In this document: one piece after another, positions 10,006 through 20,231 of the stretch
Numbering within the stretch: position 1 is the stretch's first letter
Layout of the letters: each line of letters starts with the position of its first letter
Translations under genes and position numbers: made by a program
Notes under the pieces: model-generated
The model's database searches: none
What the model saw: the letters and a program-made list of their open reading frames with translations, nothing else
What the model was told of the DNA's origin: nothing
Origin: an uncultured bacterium
GTDB taxonomy: Bacteria > Babelota > Babeliae > Babelales > Vermiphilaceae
Length of the DNA: 64,000 nucleotides
Assembly: GCA_963701085.1 (NCBI GenBank)
Contig: OY969561.1
Location: forward strand, 704,001-768,000
Reading direction: 5' to 3'

Positions 10006-10759
10006 ATTAATCGAAACTCGTCAATGGTCTTTTGCTTCACTCATTGGTTATGAAGAACATCCACTGTTCACCGTTAACAGTGAGATAATCATTCACACCT
10101 GGATCATTATGCTCTTTTTAGCATTAGCACTTGCGTGCGTTAGTTTTTTCTTACACCATACAACACTTGGTCGTTTTATTCTGCTCAAATTTGTTTCTTT
10201 TTTTATTGATCTTACCAATCAATCGCTCGGATCATTTAATTTTTCTCATTGTGTTTTTGCTTCATCACTTTTTATTTTTATTGCGCTCTGCAACATCGCA
10301 CCCATCATTCCATGGCTTGAAGAACCAACACGAGATTTAAATACAACTCTTGCTCTTGGCATCATCTCATTTCTCTATGTCCAAGCAGTTTCAATAAAAT
10401 CACGCGGAATTGGCGCATACATAAAAGATTTTTTTAAACCATTTTTTATCATGCTTCCCCTTAATGTTGTGGGAAAATTATCATCTATCATCTCAATATC
10501 TTTCCGTTTATTTGGCAATATATTTGGCGGCGCAATTATCACCAAGCTCTATTTTAGCGCTATCAGCGGGTCAATACTATTTTCGTTTTTGTCTCCCGCT
10601 ATCAATACATTCATTTTAGAATCATTGGGGCTTCTTTCTGGCATGAATTTTTTACTCATTGCTTTTTTTACGCTTTTTGAAGGCCTTTTACAAGCATTTG
10701 TATTTGCCATGCTCACGCTTACTTATATTTCTCTCGGAACGCAAGAAGGCGGCCATTAA
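9992..10759 (+). CDS. atpB: F-type ATP synthase subunit a
   Basis: PT-DLNTTLAL, SISFRLFGN (essential Arg) and LQAFVFAML motifs. Confidence 0.95.
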   Translation: MNGAELIETRQWSFASLIGYEEHPLFTVNSEIIIHTWIIMLFLALALACVSFFLHHTTLGRFILLKFVSFFIDLTNQSLGSFNFSHCVFASSLFIFIALCNIAPIIPWLEEPTRDLNTTLALGIISFLYVQAVSIKSRGIGAYIKDFFKPFFIMLPLNVVGKLSSIISISFRLFGNIFGGAIITKLYFSAISGSILFSFLSPAINTFILESLGLLSGMNFLLIAFFTLFEGLLQAFVFAMLTLTYISLGTQEGGH

Positions 10760-10774
10760 TTTTAAGGACACTCT

Positions 10775-11740
10775 ATGAATACATCTTCTGAATTTTTACA
10801 TTATGGCGCCATAGCAACTTCAATAGCTCTCAGTTCAATCTCTGTGGGTCTTGGTGAAGGGCTTATCAGTTGGAGTGCTCTCAATGCTATAGATAGACAA
10901 CCTGCAGCTCAAGATGCTGTTATGCGTGTAGCAATCATTGGCATGACTTTGGTAGAAACCGTTGCGATACTAGGACTCCTTGTTTCCATTCTCTTATTAA
11001 TTTACACAAGCACCGCTGCACCTAATATCTTTGCTCATTACAGTGAAATAGGTATCATCGCGGCAATAGGAATAACAGGACTGGCAATTGGATTTGCTTC
11101 CGCACTCCCTGCACAAGCCGCGTGCCATGCTGTTGCACGACAGCCATTTTTTGCTCACCGCATTTCTGGATTCATGCTCATGACACAAGTTGTTATACAA
11201 ACTCCCATGATTTCAGCTTTTCTTGTTTCACTATTTATTCAAGGACAATCAAGCATGACAGAAACGCTCACTGATAGCCTACGTCTTATTGCAAGTGGAT
11301 TGTGTGTTGGTATTGGCAGCATTGGACCTGCAATTGGCTTAAGTACCTTTGGAAAAGCTGCAGTTACCAGTCTTGGTAAGAATACCAAAGCATATGACAA
11401 ATTACTTTCATTTACGTTTATCAGCGAAGCACTCATAGAAACACCCGTTCTCTTTTGTTTATTAATCGCCATCACACTCCTTTTTGTTGTACCTCATAAC
11501 ACAGCAGAAAACAGTATTGATGGTATTATCTATTTATCCGCTGCATTATGCACGGGGCTTGGAACACTGGGAACCGGTATCAGCTCAGGAATAACATCAG
11601 CAGCCGCTTGCACGCAAATTGGCAATAATCCTGACTCATATAATCTCCTTTCCCGCACGAGTATACTTGCACAAAGCTTGATTGAAACCATTGTTCTGTA
11701 CACCGTCATATTATCATTACTCATGATTTTATTCAGATAA
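10775..11740 (+). CDS. atpE: ATP synthase subunit c with four fused c hairpins
   Basis: Four repeats of about 80 aa: loops RQP/RQP/KNT/NNP and ion-site motifs VET/IQT/IET/IET. Confidence 0.88.
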   Translation: MNTSSEFLHYGAIATSIALSSISVGLGEGLISWSALNAIDRQPAAQDAVMRVAIIGMTLVETVAILGLLVSILLLIYTSTAAPNIFAHYSEIGIIAAIGITGLAIGFASALPAQAACHAVARQPFFAHRISGFMLMTQVVIQTPMISAFLVSLFIQGQSSMTETLTDSLRLIASGLCVGIGSIGPAIGLSTFGKAAVTSLGKNTKAYDKLLSFTFISEALIETPVLFCLLIAITLLFVVPHNTAENSIDGIIYLSAALCTGLGTLGTGISSGITSAAACTQIGNNPDSYNLLSRTSILAQSLIETIVLYTVILSLLMILFR

Positions 11741-11772
11741 AAAATAACAATTATACAACCCAAAGGATTCAC

Positions 11773-12405
11773 ATGAAAAAACACATTATCTCAGCAATTG
11801 TCACCATATCACTCACTAATCTTACTACCCATACTATGGACCAAGCATTAGTCTGCAGTGATAGATTTGACAAATTACCCAAGCATGAACTAAATATAAT
11901 TGCATCATTCACCAAAAGACCCGGCAAAGATACATTGCGATGCGTTAATAAAACACTTAATGCAAAAATAATTTCACAAGACGATCTATATGCACGCTAT
12001 GAGAATGCAAAGCTCCACAAAGATCCACGTACAATACAAGCATTATTGGAATATAATACATTTGTCATCCCTAACATGCATCATGTGGACATAGAGGCAT
12101 TCTTGCGCTACAACATATACAAAATACCTAACCTACACTCTGAACTGATTAATGCTATTAAAGACAACAATATCCCATTGGCAATATACTGCTTAAACAG
12201 ACTTCCTAGATTTATGGGGCATTTTCAACACAATTGCATCAATATTGCTACCAGTAACGGTAATATTGATATGGTAAAAATATTATTACCACGCCGTGAT
12301 GATAAGATGCAAAATACTTTAAAGCAAAATCATCATGTTGCAAATGTCGCAGCAAAAAACAAGCGCCCTCTAGACATCGTTAGAGTTTTTGAAGAGATTA
12401 TTTAA
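11773..12405 (+). CDS. Exported F-box-like/ankyrin protein
   Basis: Signal peptide; FDKLPKHELNIIASF...LRCVNK; INIATSNGNIDMVKILL ankyrin repeat. Confidence 0.6.
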   Translation: MKKHIISAIVTISLTNLTTHTMDQALVCSDRFDKLPKHELNIIASFTKRPGKDTLRCVNKTLNAKIISQDDLYARYENAKLHKDPRTIQALLEYNTFVIPNMHHVDIEAFLRYNIYKIPNLHSELINAIKDNNIPLAIYCLNRLPRFMGHFQHNCINIATSNGNIDMVKILLPRRDDKMQNTLKQNHHVANVAAKNKRPLDIVRVFEEII

Positions 12406-12455
12406 AATAAACAATCCCAAATTATCCCATTAAAAGAAGCACCAATTCAAAAAAC

Positions 12456-14117
12456 ATGCACTTCAAAACCATTTTATTTCCATTCATTTTCTTGGCAACA
12501 TGCATTCCCCACACATCTTTTGCTATGCATGGTAAAAAACAAATAGCAGAACAAAAAAAACGCATGCAACAGAACTTACAAAAAAAAAGAACTCAAAATG
12601 AATGCAATACAAAGCTACTAAAATTATGCGATATAGATACAACAAACAAAGATCTATCCTTCATACTCAAACTACATGATACTGCAAAAAATCTTCTTGA
12701 TAATGGTGCCGATATAGAAGCACAAACAGTAAATAAATGCACTTCACTATATCTTGCTTGTTCAAACAAAAACTTTCCAATGGTAAAACTACTCATTGCT
12801 TATGGCGCCAATGTAAATACTCAAACTGAAAATGGTTATACTTCCTTGGCAGTTACTGCACAAAAGGGATTTTTTGATATAGTAAACATACTGACCATGG
12901 CACAAGCAAGCCCCAACATTCAAAATTTTAAAGACGGACAAGTACCTTTACATAATGCTTGTAGTGCCGGAGATTTTAATATTGCAAAAAATTTACTTGA
13001 ACATAACGCAAACCCAAATATACAAACATTATACGGAGAAACAGCTCTTCTTTTTGCCGCAAGTCCACAACATCTTGATATAGTAAAGTTGTTATTTCAA
13101 TATCGCGCAAATCCAAATATTCAAAATAGTGAGGGATTAAGCCCTCTCTATCTTGCTTGCCAACACAATAATGTAGAAATGGCAAAAATAATACTTACTA
13201 ATAATGCAAACCCTGATGTACAAAAATCAAACGGTGCAACATCACTTCGTGTTGCTGTAGAAAACAAGTTTATTGATATAATACATCTGTTATTTACATT
13301 CCATGCAAATCCAAATATTCAAGATAATAATGGAGTAAGCCCATTGCACTTTGCTTGCGGCAAAGGCTACTTAGAAATAGTAGAAATATTGCTTAACAAT
13401 AAAGCAAAGATAAATACTGAGACCAAAAAAGGTAAATGGACTCCATTACACGCCGCTTTTTTCTATGATCATTTTTTTATTGTAGCACTATTACTCAAAC
13501 ATAATGTCAATGTTAATGCTCAAAATATTGATGGCATAACACCTTTACATCTAGCTTATTACAAAAAGAATCGAGTTATGATATACCTTCTTTTGCTGTA
13601 TGGTGCCAAAGATATTTCTCGTCAACAAGCTCAAAAAGAAAAACAGCAATTTTTTGAAGATGTAAATCAAAAAGCACCTCAAGTAATACTTCCAAAAGAA
13701 AAACCTGTAGTACCTCATCAACCGGCAACAAAAAAAGATAGCGCTATAAAAGATCAATCACCCCAGAAAAACTCTCCTTCAACCAAAGCTTTAAAAAACA
13801 AGCCAAATCCTACAAAAAACACGGTTACAATACATACTCCACAAAAAAATGAATATCTCATTTTACAAGATAAGAAGTTTAAGTGGGGCAGATTTTTAAG
13901 TACAACACAGCAAAATGCAATAAAAGACCACGCAAAAGAACTCAAATATTGGCCTGAGGTAACTGATCTTGATATTAAGCCTCTCCAAGGAGTCGAAAAA
14001 GGAACATATCGTCTGCGTGTTGGTTCATGCCGCATTAAATTTTTTATTGATGAAAAAAGTCGTCAAATTTTCATCCAAAAAATTGGCCTGCGCAAAAATA
14101 TATACCGAAACAAATAA
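12456..14117 (+). CDS. Exported ankyrin-repeat protein with a C-terminal RelE/ParE-superfamily domain
   Basis: Signal peptide; about 9 ankyrin repeats; low-complexity linker; DIKPLQG..YRLRVGSCRI.F.I....I.I..IGLRKNIY. Confidence 0.85.
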   Translation: MHFKTILFPFIFLATCIPHTSFAMHGKKQIAEQKKRMQQNLQKKRTQNECNTKLLKLCDIDTTNKDLSFILKLHDTAKNLLDNGADIEAQTVNKCTSLYLACSNKNFPMVKLLIAYGANVNTQTENGYTSLAVTAQKGFFDIVNILTMAQASPNIQNFKDGQVPLHNACSAGDFNIAKNLLEHNANPNIQTLYGETALLFAASPQHLDIVKLLFQYRANPNIQNSEGLSPLYLACQHNNVEMAKIILTNNANPDVQKSNGATSLRVAVENKFIDIIHLLFTFHANPNIQDNNGVSPLHFACGKGYLEIVEILLNNKAKINTETKKGKWTPLHAAFFYDHFFIVALLLKHNVNVNAQNIDGITPLHLAYYKKNRVMIYLLLLYGAKDISRQQAQKEKQQFFEDVNQKAPQVILPKEKPVVPHQPATKKDSAIKDQSPQKNSPSTKALKNKPNPTKNTVTIHTPQKNEYLILQDKKFKWGRFLSTTQQNAIKDHAKELKYWPEVTDLDIKPLQGVEKGTYRLRVGSCRIKFFIDEKSRQIFIQKIGLRKNIYRNK

Positions 14118-14239
14118 GCTTCTCTATAACCCTCCTTTTTTTGTAGCTGTATAATGACATTCACCCAAATAATAACTATAGTGTTACAATAAAATATATG
14201 TAATCTAAAAAAGTAATATTCAGATAAAGGTCCGCAACC

Positions 14240-15148
14240 ATGCATAAACATCTTCTTGCTGCCATTGGCAACACTCCCTTAGTACGCGTACCATTCACTA
14301 CACCTGCAACATTATACGCAAAACTTGAATATCTCAACCCCGGTGGCAGCATAAAAGATCGATCAGCCTTATTCATGGTTGAACAAGCTGAAAAAACAGG
14401 CCTACTCAAACCTGGTGGAACAATCATTGAACCATCATCAGGCAACCAAGGTATTGCTCTTGCCATGATTGGCGCTGCAAAAGGATATAAAGTTATCATC
14501 ACCACTAATGCAAAATTCAGCCAAGAAAAAATAGCAACTATCCGTGCATATGGCGCAGAAATTGTCATGTGCCCTGCAACAGAATTTATTGAAGATCCCA
14601 ACAGTTATCATTCAACTGCATGCAGATTACAACAAGAAACGCCCAATTCATTTATGCCAAATCAATACTTTAATCCCATGAATGCGCAAGCACACTACAC
14701 ACTCACGGGGCCAGAAATTTGGCAGCAGACTAATGGCACCATTACTCACTTTTTTGCTGCAGCAGGTACGGGTGGAACCACCTATGGAACAGGAAAATAT
14801 CTCAAAGAACAAAACCCCAACATCAAGCTCATTGCTATTGATTCCATTAATTCATTCTACTCAACAAAAGGCCATCCTAAGCCATATAAACTTGAAGGTG
14901 TCGGCATTGATTTTGAACCTACCGCCGTTGATTACAATATAATGGATGAGGTTCTCCCGGTAGCTGATGAAGATGCTTTTGCAATGCTCAAAAATTTAGC
15001 ACGCAATTATGGATTTTTAGTAGGATTAAGCAGTGGTGCTGTTGCATGGGGAGTGCATCATTATTTACCACAATTAAAAAAAGATGATGTTGTGGTAATG
15101 CTTTTTGGTGATTCGGGGCGAGCATATTTAACAAAAAATGTATATTAA
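14240..15148 (+). CDS. cysK: PLP-dependent cysteine synthase / cystathionine beta-synthase family protein
   Basis: IGNTPLV, KLEYLNPGGSIKDR, SSGN, GTGGT and G.SSG motifs. Confidence 0.85.
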   Translation: MHKHLLAAIGNTPLVRVPFTTPATLYAKLEYLNPGGSIKDRSALFMVEQAEKTGLLKPGGTIIEPSSGNQGIALAMIGAAKGYKVIITTNAKFSQEKIATIRAYGAEIVMCPATEFIEDPNSYHSTACRLQQETPNSFMPNQYFNPMNAQAHYTLTGPEIWQQTNGTITHFFAAAGTGGTTYGTGKYLKEQNPNIKLIAIDSINSFYSTKGHPKPYKLEGVGIDFEPTAVDYNIMDEVLPVADEDAFAMLKNLARNYGFLVGLSSGAVAWGVHHYLPQLKKDDVVVMLFGDSGRAYLTKNVY

Positions 15149-15163
15149 AAAAAGGAGAGTAGT

Positions 15164-15838
15164 ATGTGTTTTTCAGCAAACGCAAGTTTTGCGGCAGCCG
15201 GAGTGCTGTCAGTCATTGGCCTTTTATCAGTACGCGCCGCTCGGCATAACAAAAAACTACTTCCCCTTGCAGCCTGCCCACTTTTTTTTGCTCTACAACA
15301 AAGCTGTGAAGGAATCGTTTGGTTAACACTCAATAGTGGCGATACGACAAGTATGCTCCATAAAATCGCTACGTATGGCTTTATGAGTTTTGCCGCTCTT
15401 TTTTGGCCAATCTGGGTACCACTCACATTATACATTCCTGAAAAAATTCATCGTCGCAAAAAATTATTACTCATAACAGCATATATTGGAGCTTGCAGCG
15501 CCATTTTACTTTTTTTTAGCTGGATTGCCCAAACAACTGGCGCCCAAGCCATTAATCATCATATCGATTATCCTGTTAACCAATATCCCTTTGGCATCAC
15601 TAATAAACTGCTTGGACAATTGATTTCAGGAGCAACCTCTCTTGCCTATTGCATAGCAGTCATTACACCATTTTTCCTCTCTAGCATTAAACATGCGTGG
15701 ATAGCTGGTGTAATTATTATGATTGCTTTGGCAACATCATATGTCTTTTATTATGCAACACTTGGGTCAGTTTGGTGTTTCTTTGCCGCAATAACGAGTG
15801 CTCTGCTTTATCTTCTCATTAGAAATCACAAGAAATAA
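15164..15838 (+). CDS. Multi-pass membrane protein (MCFS..ASF / SVWCFFAA family, DUF6629-like)
   Basis: MCFSANASF start, QQ..EG..W and SVWCFFAA motifs. Confidence 0.7.
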   Translation: MCFSANASFAAAGVLSVIGLLSVRAARHNKKLLPLAACPLFFALQQSCEGIVWLTLNSGDTTSMLHKIATYGFMSFAALFWPIWVPLTLYIPEKIHRRKKLLLITAYIGACSAILLFFSWIAQTTGAQAINHHIDYPVNQYPFGITNKLLGQLISGATSLAYCIAVITPFFLSSIKHAWIAGVIIMIALATSYVFYYATLGSVWCFFAAITSALLYLLIRNHKK

Positions 15839-15844
15839 TTGATC

Positions 15845-16798
15845 TTAATTTCCAGACATAAACTTATCAATTATTGTTATATCAACCGGTTGGGGATGAA
15901 TATCTGATAACACCACAGCACTATCAGAATTCAACACTTTTTTAATTGAGGGAGCTGCGGGAGCGTAAGATTTCAATACCGATTCATATCCCATGCGCTG
16001 CAAGATAGAACTTACCTGTTCAACATGAGAACCCCCCGCAACAACAAAAATAAGCGGGGTATCAGCGCACGCAGCAATTGAATGCATAATATTCATATCT
16101 ATAAGAGCACTATCAAAAATACAGAGCTTTTCAAGCTCTTGACGATACTGCTTAGGTGACAGCTTTATACAATAATCTGCAACCGTCACTTTGCCATTAT
16201 TAAAACCTGTGTTTGATAATGCAGTATGCACCGCAGACGTTGTACGCTTATAAAGATCATTGAGTAGCTTTCCATCATCATATTTTTTTATTTTTTCAAT
16301 TTCATCAACCACTTCTTTATGCAAAGATGACGTAGCAATGGTGGCAGTTGACCGGAAAGAATGCGGTTTTGCCTGAATATTAGTAAGCAATGGGCCAACA
16401 CCGGCCACCCGGCAATAACGATATTCAACATTATCCACCGGAACCCCCCATGAACGAGCCTTGCTCGCTAATTGCCCCAGCACCCCTTCAGAACAGTTAA
16501 TACCAAAATTACAGCAAACCATCCGACCATCACTATTAACTGAGCTTAAATCTTCAACAATAAGCTTAGTTTTTTTCGCGCTACACCTTTTAAGCAACGA
16601 CTCAATATAAACCCTTTGATTTTTGTTGGCTGGATGGCTTTTGAGGTGATAATCACCCAAACAAACCACGAGTTGTTGCGCATTGGTGGACTTGTTCACT
16701 ATCTTGCGCATCACGCAGACATGATAAAAATAACCAAAGCCACTATTGGATAATAATAATGCGGCTATTATAAAACAATGCTGTATAATTTTCTTCAT
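15845..16798 (-). CDS. Exported hypothetical protein
   Basis: Signal peptide, strong SD (AGGAGG); GDYH and AGGSH motifs. Confidence 0.7.
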   Translation of the reverse strand: MKKIIQHCFIIAALLLSNSGFGYFYHVCVMRKIVNKSTNAQQLVVCLGDYHLKSHPANKNQRVYIESLLKRCSAKKTKLIVEDLSSVNSDGRMVCCNFGINCSEGVLGQLASKARSWGVPVDNVEYRYCRVAGVGPLLTNIQAKPHSFRSTATIATSSLHKEVVDEIEKIKKYDDGKLLNDLYKRTTSAVHTALSNTGFNNGKVTVADYCIKLSPKQYRQELEKLCIFDSALIDMNIMHSIAACADTPLIFVVAGGSHVEQVSSILQRMGYESVLKSYAPAAPSIKKVLNSDSAVVLSDIHPQPVDITIIDKFMSGN

Positions 16799-16891
16799 AC
16801 TCCCTCCTCCTTATAATGCCTACAACTCTCCTAATGTATCAATTTCAATATATTACAAACTGCAATACGATATCAATACTTTTTAATACTA

Positions 16892-16921
16892 TTGCTTTTT
16901 ATATGAGCGGGTTAGTATAAT
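16892..16921 (+). promoter_or_regulatory. Putative sigma70 promoter
   Basis: TTGCTT-N18-TATAAT upstream of the SD and ATG at 16946. Confidence 0.45.
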
Positions 16922-16945
16922 TAAAATGAAAGGAGAAGGTGAAGT

Positions 16946-17677
16946 ATGAACCAAACAATGCGTACTGGCTCAATAAAAAAACTTTTATATATTTTGGGTG
17001 GATTAGGTGGAATCAGCCTTATTATACTCATCCATGAAATGGGCCATTTTCTCTTTGCACAATTTTTTGGTGTACCAACACCAGTCTTTTCGCTCGGTTT
17101 TGGACCGGCACTTTATGAATTTCCCTTGGGTCAAACAATCTTTAAAGTGGCATTATTACCTTTTGGTGGCTATGTTGAAATGGATGAACAAGCACTCGCC
17201 AACCTATCCTACTTACCAAAAATGCTCATTCTTTTTGCAGGCATACTGTTTAATCTTATCTTTGCCTCTATTATTCTGCTCTATTACAGTATACGTAACC
17301 AATCTACCCTGCTGTACACCATCACCAACACGCTTACCCCTTCTCAACAAGCCAGTGACACAACATCACGACAAGACGCTGTGGTCATAGGCCCCATCGG
17401 AATTATCAGCATGATAGGAAAAAGTCTTGCGACAGACCCGAAACTTTACTGGTTTATGTTGGCAATATTAAGCTTAAATATGGGGCTATTTAATATCTTA
17501 CCCCTGCCATTTTTTGATGGCGGCAAAGCTTTCATAATCACCCTAGAAACAATAATGGGAAAAACCATTCCCCCAACAGCTCTTTGGCTTGTTTCAACAG
17601 CGATATTGGCACTCTTTATCCTCTTTATCACACGGATAACCATAGATGACATTAAACGATTGATGGGTAAAAAATAA
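16946..17677 (+). CDS. Site-2 (M50) zinc metalloprotease, RseP-like, without PDZ domain
   Basis: HEMGH, FSLGFGP, PFGGYV and NILPLPFFDGG motifs. Confidence 0.9.
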   Translation: MNQTMRTGSIKKLLYILGGLGGISLIILIHEMGHFLFAQFFGVPTPVFSLGFGPALYEFPLGQTIFKVALLPFGGYVEMDEQALANLSYLPKMLILFAGILFNLIFASIILLYYSIRNQSTLLYTITNTLTPSQQASDTTSRQDAVVIGPIGIISMIGKSLATDPKLYWFMLAILSLNMGLFNILPLPFFDGGKAFIITLETIMGKTIPPTALWLVSTAILALFILFITRITIDDIKRLMGKK

Positions 17678-17688
17678 TCCACAATCAA

Positions 17689-17747
17689 ACCCCATTTCCA
17701 TTACATTCCAATGGGGACCCCAATTGGAGTAAGACGTAAATTGGGGA
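17689..17747. repeat. REP-like element (ACCCC...GGGGACCCC type) between convergent genes
   Basis: CCCCATT..AATGGGGACCCCAATT..AATTGGGG double hairpin. Confidence 0.6.
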
Positions 17748-17769
17748 TAGAAAAATGTAGGTAAGAAAA

Positions 17770-19332
17770 TTAAACTTTTTCAGCAAGCAAAGCGCGTAAA
17801 ATCTTTTTATCAATTTTACCCGTCGCCGTTGCAGGAAGCTCTTTTGTATCACAATAGAATTGTCGTGGAACCTTATAAACAGCCAAATGCTGAAGGCATA
17901 AAGCCTTCAAACGCTTTTCGCAATCAGCTTCATGAGAACGAAGTTGAACAAATGCTACAGGAACTTCACCATCTTCATCGAGCCTTCCAACAACTCCCGC
18001 CCGAATAGCATTAGGATATGACAATATAACATTCTCAATTTCTTGAGGATAAATATTAAACCCTTTATGAATGATAAGATCTTTTTCACGCCCCGTGATG
18101 ACAACTCTGCCTTTAGCATCAATGTAACCCAGATCACCGGTATTCAACCAACCATTTTTAAGAATTTTATCGGTTGATTCTTGCGCATTATAATAGCCAA
18201 GCATAACATTATCGCCCTTCACCCACAAAACACCTATTTTGTCCTGCGGTAAATCAACGTCATGTTCATCACGAGCTACGCATTCAATACCAACCAATGG
18301 TCTTCCTACGTTACTTGCCGGAACTGTTTCATCATCAAGATTTGCCGAAATAACCGGCGTCGTTTCAGTAAGACCATAGCCATTAACTATTTTTCTACGG
18401 TAAATCAATCCAAAAGCTGCACGAATTTTATCAGGCATTGCATCACCACCAGAAACAAAAAGACGCACACTATTAATTGGCGCTGTTTTCATTAAACAAA
18501 TCAGTCCGTACAGTGCCGGAACACCCAAGAAAATAGTCGGTTTATGCTGCAAGCTTTCAAGAATATAACGACGTTCAATTTTAGGAACTAAAATAATAGT
18601 AATACCATAAAAAATACTCGCCCATACGCACGTGTTTTGCGCAAAACTATGGAACAAAGGCAACACACCCAAAATACGTTCATCCGCTGGTTTACCAAGT
18701 AAAGAAGCTATTTGCAACACGTTTGTCATAATATTTTTTGAACTCAGCATGACACCTTTAGGTAACCCGGTTGTGCCTGAAGTATATAATAACGCTGCCA
18801 ACTCTTCTGGCTCCAAATCTACTATTGCATCATTCACGCTTATTGACTCATCAACATCATCAATATCACGTTCCGTAACAATTGGTGGCAAAGTAACATC
18901 AGTTTTTTGGAATAATTCAACCCGATCTGATGATGTCATAATAATTGTTGGTTGTGCATCAGCTATGATGTGAGCAAGCTCTTTTTCTTTTAAAAAAGTA
19001 TTAACCGGAGCTACAATAACTCCGGCCTGCCATAATGCAAAATAACTAATATAAAACTCGGGGGAATTTTCAAAGCAGATAATGCCCCTATCACGTGGCT
19101 TGACCCCATATTGTTTAATAATTTTTGCGCTCAACGCGCAGGCTAATGCATACAACTTTTTATAGGTTATATGCTTATCGTGATAAATAAGAGCCGTTGT
19201 ATCACCGTGCTGCTCGACTGCTCTTTGTAACAATCTGCCCGCAAACATAAGTTTGCCATTCCGCAGCACTGTTTTATACAACTCATCAAATACATGCCGT
19301 TCTTTTTCTTGTATTGATTGCTTCATCATCAT
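17770..19332 (-). CDS. Long-chain fatty-acid--CoA ligase (AMP-binding family)
   Basis: YTSGTTGLPKG, GYGLTE, TGDLG and GR.KDLI motifs. Confidence 0.92.
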   Translation of the reverse strand: MMMKQSIQEKERHVFDELYKTVLRNGKLMFAGRLLQRAVEQHGDTTALIYHDKHITYKKLYALACALSAKIIKQYGVKPRDRGIICFENSPEFYISYFALWQAGVIVAPVNTFLKEKELAHIIADAQPTIIMTSSDRVELFQKTDVTLPPIVTERDIDDVDESISVNDAIVDLEPEELAALLYTSGTTGLPKGVMLSSKNIMTNVLQIASLLGKPADERILGVLPLFHSFAQNTCVWASIFYGITIILVPKIERRYILESLQHKPTIFLGVPALYGLICLMKTAPINSVRLFVSGGDAMPDKIRAAFGLIYRRKIVNGYGLTETTPVISANLDDETVPASNVGRPLVGIECVARDEHDVDLPQDKIGVLWVKGDNVMLGYYNAQESTDKILKNGWLNTGDLGYIDAKGRVVITGREKDLIIHKGFNIYPQEIENVILSYPNAIRAGVVGRLDEDGEVPVAFVQLRSHEADCEKRLKALCLQHLAVYKVPRQFYCDTKELPATATGKIDKKILRALLAEKV

Positions 19333-19335
19333 AAT

Positions 19336-19521
19336 TTACTCTTCTATTTTTATAACTTGTACGGGACACTTAACAGCCGCATCTCTAATGCAGTTACCAA
19401 ACTTTTGAAAATCTACCGGGTATTTAACATGTGAAGTATCAGTCACTTCAAATACGTCTGGCGCTATAAATTGACATGAGCCACAACTAATACATCCCGG
19501 CTCTACTATTACATTTTTCAT
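19336..19521 (-). CDS. Monocluster ferredoxin
   Basis: CISCGSC...CP motif. Confidence 0.85.
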   Translation of the reverse strand: MKNVIVEPGCISCGSCQFIAPDVFEVTDTSHVKYPVDFQKFGNCIRDAAVKCPVQVIKIEE

Positions 19522-19589
19522 ACAAAACCCAAAATATCATGGTATAATTTTTTTATTATTATAGCCCATTTTAAGCAAAAAGGTAATCC

Positions 19590-20231
19590 ATGCCACAGCT
19601 AACCAAAGGAATTCTCATCGCCATTGAGGGAATTGATGGTTCAGGAAAATCAACCCTCGCCCATAATTTATCCATCACGCTGCAACAACAGGGATTTGAT
19701 ACAGTGCTCACAAAAGAGCCAGGAGCCTCTAACATAGGTAAAGAGATTCGCAAGATCATACAGGCCCAAAATATCGCGTTTTGCTCAAAAGCGGAATACT
19801 TACTCTTTGCTGCCGACCGTGCACAACATTTTGCTGAACTCGTCATCCCAAGTCTTGCACAAAAAAAATTGATCATTTCTGATCGCATGGCTGATTCATC
19901 ACTTGCATACCAAGGATACGGCAATGGACTTGATTTAGAAATGCTACGCACCATCAACAGCTGGACAATGAATAATATTGTCCCAGATCTTACCATTTTT
20001 GTTCGCGTACCCGTTGCTATTGCTCTTGAACGCGCCAAAAACCGCGGCCCATTATCTGCCTATGAAAAGCGTGAAAATTTTCTACATAATGTTGCTGCAG
20101 GATTTGAAGAGCTTTATAAAAATCGCACTGATGTTATAATAGTAGATGGAACTTTATCACAAGAATCTCTTAACACCCACGTTTGTAACGCAATTAAACA
20201 ATGGATACACACAAAAAATCTTCTTTCTTAA
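19590..20231 (+). CDS. tmk: Thymidylate kinase (housekeeping copy)
   Basis: EGIDGSGKST, EPG, LFAADRAQH and DR..SSLAYQG; canonical tmk-holB order. Confidence 0.95.
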   Translation: MPQLTKGILIAIEGIDGSGKSTLAHNLSITLQQQGFDTVLTKEPGASNIGKEIRKIIQAQNIAFCSKAEYLLFAADRAQHFAELVIPSLAQKKLIISDRMADSSLAYQGYGNGLDLEMLRTINSWTMNNIVPDLTIFVRVPVAIALERAKNRGPLSAYEKRENFLHNVAAGFEELYKNRTDVIIVDGTLSQESLNTHVCNAIKQWIHTKNLLS

